Source: Paraspadella gotoi | Lineage: Eukaryota > Animalia > Chaetognatha | Reading direction: 5' to 3' | NCBI GenBank assembly: GCA_051294375.1 | Contig: CM119269.1 | Coordinates: 7,483,446 to 7,547,445, forward strand | Length of the DNA: 64,000 nucleotides | In this document: positions 58,140 through 64,000 of the stretch, in pieces | Numbering within the stretch: the first letter of the stretch is position 1 | Layout: each line of letters starts with the position of its first letter | Notes under the pieces: model-generated | Told to the model about the DNA's origin: nothing | Databases searched by the model: none | Seen by the model: the letters and a program-made list of their open reading frames with translations, nothing else | Position numbers and translations under genes: made by a program

Positions 58140-58659
58140 TCGCGAAAGAGAAAAGGTTTAAAATTCGGAGAGAAAGGATGAAACGGGAGAAAGGAAGGAA
58201 AAGGAAAATATGATTGTCGCCTTAGATATCGAGTATCAACAACAGAGGCCATTGAGAAATGAGAATCTCAAGGATTTCCTTTTTTCCCTCATTTTCTGGA
58301 AAGAATCAATCGAAGATGCAATTAAACGATAAATGGAAATTCAAAAAAACAAAGCAGTTAACTTTAAAATGTAATTTGCAAACAATACCTTAATATTAAT
58401 GAAAGGAAACAAGTGGAGAAAGTGGGGAAACAACAAAGCAAGAAGTAGCAGGATCTCGTGCATGTAAACACCTGAAGTGAGGATGGAGCAAGTCAGAAAC
58501 AAAAGGCTATCAACCATTCTTACAGACTTTCATTTCATCAGAGTTTCAATTTGTTTTGACTTTAGTCAAGATATATATCACATAATATTCAAAACTGTAA
58601 AATATATTTTCTAAAGATATGATATTAATTTTTAGTATTTATCAAAAAGGCAAAATAAC

Positions 58660-59032
58660 AAATAAAAGAAAATAAGAAAAGATAAAAAAAATTAAAAAAG
58701 AAAAGAAGAAAAGAGAAGAAAGAAAAAATAAGAATAGAAAAAAGAAGGATAGAAAAAAAGGATAGAAAAAAGGATAGAAAAAGGGGAAAAAAAGGAAGAA
58801 AAGAAAGATGAGGAGAAAAGAAGATGAAGAGAAAAGAAAGACAAGAAGAAAAGAAAGACAAGAAGAAAAGAAAGATGAGAAGAAAAGAAAGATGAGAAGA
58901 AAAGAAAGATGAGAAGAAAAAAAAGATGAGAAGAAAAAAAGATGAGAAAAAAAGATGAGAAAAAAGAAAAATGAAAAGAAAAGAAAAAAGAAAAAGATGA
59001 GAGAAAAAAAAAAAGAGAAGAGAAGAAAGAAA
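58660..59032. repeat. Purine-rich low-complexity tract with 17-bp units (AAGAAAAGAAAGATGAG)
   Basis: Tandem A/G-rich units between GTF3C6 and actin. Confidence 0.85.
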
Positions 59033-59933
59033 CAAGGCGCTTGAAAGAATAAATTTAACTCCAAAATACCACCATTTTTGCTGACTAATGGCTAATGGGT
59101 ATTAAATTAATGCATTCAATTTTACATCTTTTCTATCAACGGTAACGGCTTGAGATATTTTCTATGTATTTTATGCACGTTCTATTCAATTCAACCGCGT
59201 ATATACTATATAAAGTTTATAAACTATACTATATATATACTATATAGCGTGTAGGAAAAAGATCTAGTGACAAAACTAACTTCAGAGTTATAATTCAGCA
59301 ATCCAATCAAATTTTTCATTGAACGGGGTCGATGAAACAAGTTTTTTTTAAATTTAAATAAAATCACTCAAACTAAAAAGTGACTTTTTCTCAATTCATT
59401 ACAGTGAAATCTAAACATGTTTTTAACGAACCATTCCAAAAAATAATATTGAAATTACAAAAAATCTTAATCTTTCAAAAAAAAGAGGGAAATTTTAGTG
59501 GCTGTCAAGAAAGAAAAAACATTTCGTCGACTCAGAACCAGAAAAGAAATTTAATTGACCAAATAAGGTCACAGCTCGGACACAAAACGATTGAAAGTAA
59601 ACAAACTGGATAGCGAATCGCTTGTAAAGAACCGAGTGTTTTAACGTTTGATAAGAATAAACCTTTCCCGCTATTCAATCTTTATTATTTTTTTTGACTG
59701 GGCGTATTTGAAGTTTAAAACGGAATTTTCCCGAAATATTCAGTTTTTACCTTTTTCTTTCGATAACAATTTAACACTCCACATTCGATGACTTAGTTCT
59801 CTAACCGACACACCCTCATCTCAGGCCCCTTCCATCGTCATCAACACATCATCGTCATCATCATTATCATCATCATCATCCTATGATTTCGAGAGCCTTC
59901 AGCGAATAATCATCCTCGATCCGACCGACTCAT

Positions 59934-60000
59934 CCTTACTTGGTCATCCAAAAGTCGAGACTCATTTTAACACTAATCTCTTCAATCTTTTCTTACTTGG
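59934..60000 (+). promoter_or_regulatory. CArG-like elements upstream of actin
   Basis: CCTTACTTGG (59934-59943) and TCTTACTTGG (59991-60000) are imperfect CC(A/T)6GG sites; TATAAA lies near 60168. Confidence 0.3.
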
Positions 60001-60575
60001 AGACTAGAATGTATACATTACAGATGCATCCATTCACTATTCAATTTTTCCGTTTTAACATTATTTTTCTATCTTTGAAAACGAAGATTTTTTAAATCGG
60101 ACTCAAAATAGAAATTTCAAGACCGGGAGGTCAGAACTATTAAGTATGTAGTGGTCCGATTAGGTCGTATAAAGAAATAACTAAAAACATCCCATTTGCT
60201 CGATGCCCTGTTTCCGCGATGCATCCAAACTATCTCGAACTGCTCGGATCACAAGATCGAAAAATCACGCGAAAAAGCCGAGACCAACTTCGAATGATCG
60301 CGTATTATTCACTCTCTCTCACCCACTGCCCGTCCCCAACCCATTCGTCCTCCTCTTCCCCCGCCCTCGCTTCGCCTCCTCTTCATCCTCGGCTCGCAAT
60401 CCTCCCGCCTCCCGGTCCTCAAAAGAGAGAGATAGGAGCATCCACCCTTTCACTCATTGCGCGTTGAAGCACCAGTGAAGAGCGAACGGCGTGTGTAAGG
60501 AAGAAAAGAGAAACGAAAATCTCAAGCGCATCTTTAGTTTTCAAAAAAATAAAAATAAATTTAACTTTTATATAA

Positions 60576-62151
<1,576 letters not shown>

Positions 62152-64000
62152 AAACACGGTTTAATGCGTCTTTTAGAAATTATATCAATAAGTCGTTCGA
62201 AAATAGCTAATAATTAACCAATGTTTTCAAACGCTTTTATAATAAATTTATTTTTAAACTAAAGCAATACGTGATAATTTAATATTAACGTTAACTGTTA
62301 GGATAATACATAAGTAATGCGCATTAATCCAACGCTCAAAGGTTTAGCCTTATCATATAGCGCTTGCTACTCTCACCTCTTTCTCTCTCCCAAAAACCGG
62401 CCAAGGATGAAAATTTTAAGTCAGCGTCGGCGGGGGCGGGGGGAGAGGAAAAGGGAAGGAGTGGTGGTGAATCAGTAGTGATCTATGGGCCTCGACGCAG
62501 AAGCCAGTGACTGACTCTGCAGCAGCAGCAGCCGCATTGAAGCGTCGGTACGAACCATCCGAGATTCAACATCAAAAGATAAAAAAAAATGAGGCAAAAG
62601 GTTCGAATAACCAACCGGGGCTCGACTTCGCTGGCCACAGATTCACTCGATCAACGCCCCACTATCTCTCTCTCTCTTTTCCCTCTACCTCTTCACCCCT
62701 GCGGTACCACCTATGAAAACATAACATTTGCCATAGAAAATCAAAAAGAAACGGCTACGCAATGCATGAAAAAGAAGCAGAAGAAACAAAGCCGGGTCAG
62801 TCATTCATCCGGTCTATTTTGAAAATTTCTTTCTCGTAAAGAACGTCGATGAAAGGTTAAAATTTAGGCACGGGAGTGGGGCAAAATGGAGGGGGTGTAG
62901 CCTCGGGGGGCTGAATCGGTTAGAGTGATCGCATAGCCTTAGCATTTCTTCGCTGATTGTGTTTCAACCAAGAGATAAAATGGAGGATCTGAGTTTTTCC
63001 CCCAATTTTTATCAATCTTTTACGGTTTATTATAAGGCTAAACGAATTCATAGTACTAGTTTTTTTTCCTTCACTCAATTCATTACAACAGTTTTTGTTT
63101 TTTGAACAATACTCAAAGCAGAAATAACTTTTCTTTCGTTCTTCGATGTTGTGTTTCAAGTGTAGACTTATCAATTCAAGCGATGTAAGTAAAACTATTA
63201 TTAACGCTTATTGCAATCATTGTATGCTTAGTCGAGCAACTTTTTTTTTTACACTCTCTAGAAACTAATTACTTCGTGTTATCCACCGTAATACGAGGTA
63301 ACTAAACATTTCCGGTCGTGATATAATTTGTTTCCAAATGCTTTTTTTATATCCGACCGTGACTTAATTCAAAGCTTTGAATCGAGACATGGTCGCCATG
63401 GTTATATTCGTATCCGAAACCATTGTTTTCATATTTACAAGATCTTAAATTTTAATTAAACGCGCAACGATGGTTTTTGTTAATGGCACTTCGACACATT
63501 CTACAAGGGATCCTTAACTACAATACATTCGTTGTTTCATCGTTATGCTTTTTAATGTACAGAATAAAAATTCATATTGTAAAGCACAATAAGTTTTCCC
63601 TTTCCATAAGTAAAAAACCCGATTGACTCCAGAAGATTAGTTCTACAAGGAGGCAAACTGACAGTAAATTTTAAATAGAGAATAATTTTATCAAGCTAGT
63701 CACGAGGCAATTCTTTTGAATAGTCTGGAAACCACTGAGCTTTTACAACGTTTATGGTACTTATTAAGGCGGGCCAGAATTTAACATTTTTTTCTAATAT
63801 GAAACAGTCTGCAATAAAAGTCTTTTGTCCTTTCACAACCAAATTGACTTATGATGTTAGATATTGATTCAATTCGTTTTCCTTATGCATGGAAGCATTT
63901 TAATATTTTACAATATATAAAAAATGCTTAAACAAATTTTAAGGAAATTTAATTTTTAAAATTTATTCTGATAAAGATTAAAAAGTTAGATAAAGGTTAG

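Noticed and set aside
62598-62615. GGTTCGAAT B-box suggesting a tRNA or SINE
   Set aside because: No cloverleaf stems or properly spaced A-box.

Overview
Eukaryotic, intron-containing draft-assembly DNA from an invertebrate animal (actin begins MCDEDVAAL), with N gaps and many (AG)n and (GAC)n microsatellites. Positions 1-44 kb are dominated by one very large minus-strand gene. Ten GT-AG exons (11756 to 1585, about 7.4 kb CDS, over 2,400 aa, one apparent 1-nt frameshift) encode a single-pass type I membrane protein. It is built from three kinds of cadherin-like/Ig-like repeats that I recognise from bacterial giant adhesins, preceded by a furin-type poly-Arg site. Its probable 5' exons, including a signal-peptide exon at about 41.6 kb, are scattered across a repeat-rich interval disturbed by noisy inverted and direct duplications that look like assembly artefacts. 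Positions 46-62 kb are gene-dense: a 15-exon BTB-BACK-Kelch gene with a complete ENY2/Sus1 gene (absent from the ORF track) nested antisense in its largest intron, two Tc1/mariner-type MITEs, CaMKI, GTF3C6 only about 256 nt upstream of CaMKI in an operon-like layout, and a 4-exon actin with unusual intron positions. All exon models were read by eye and no database searches were run.
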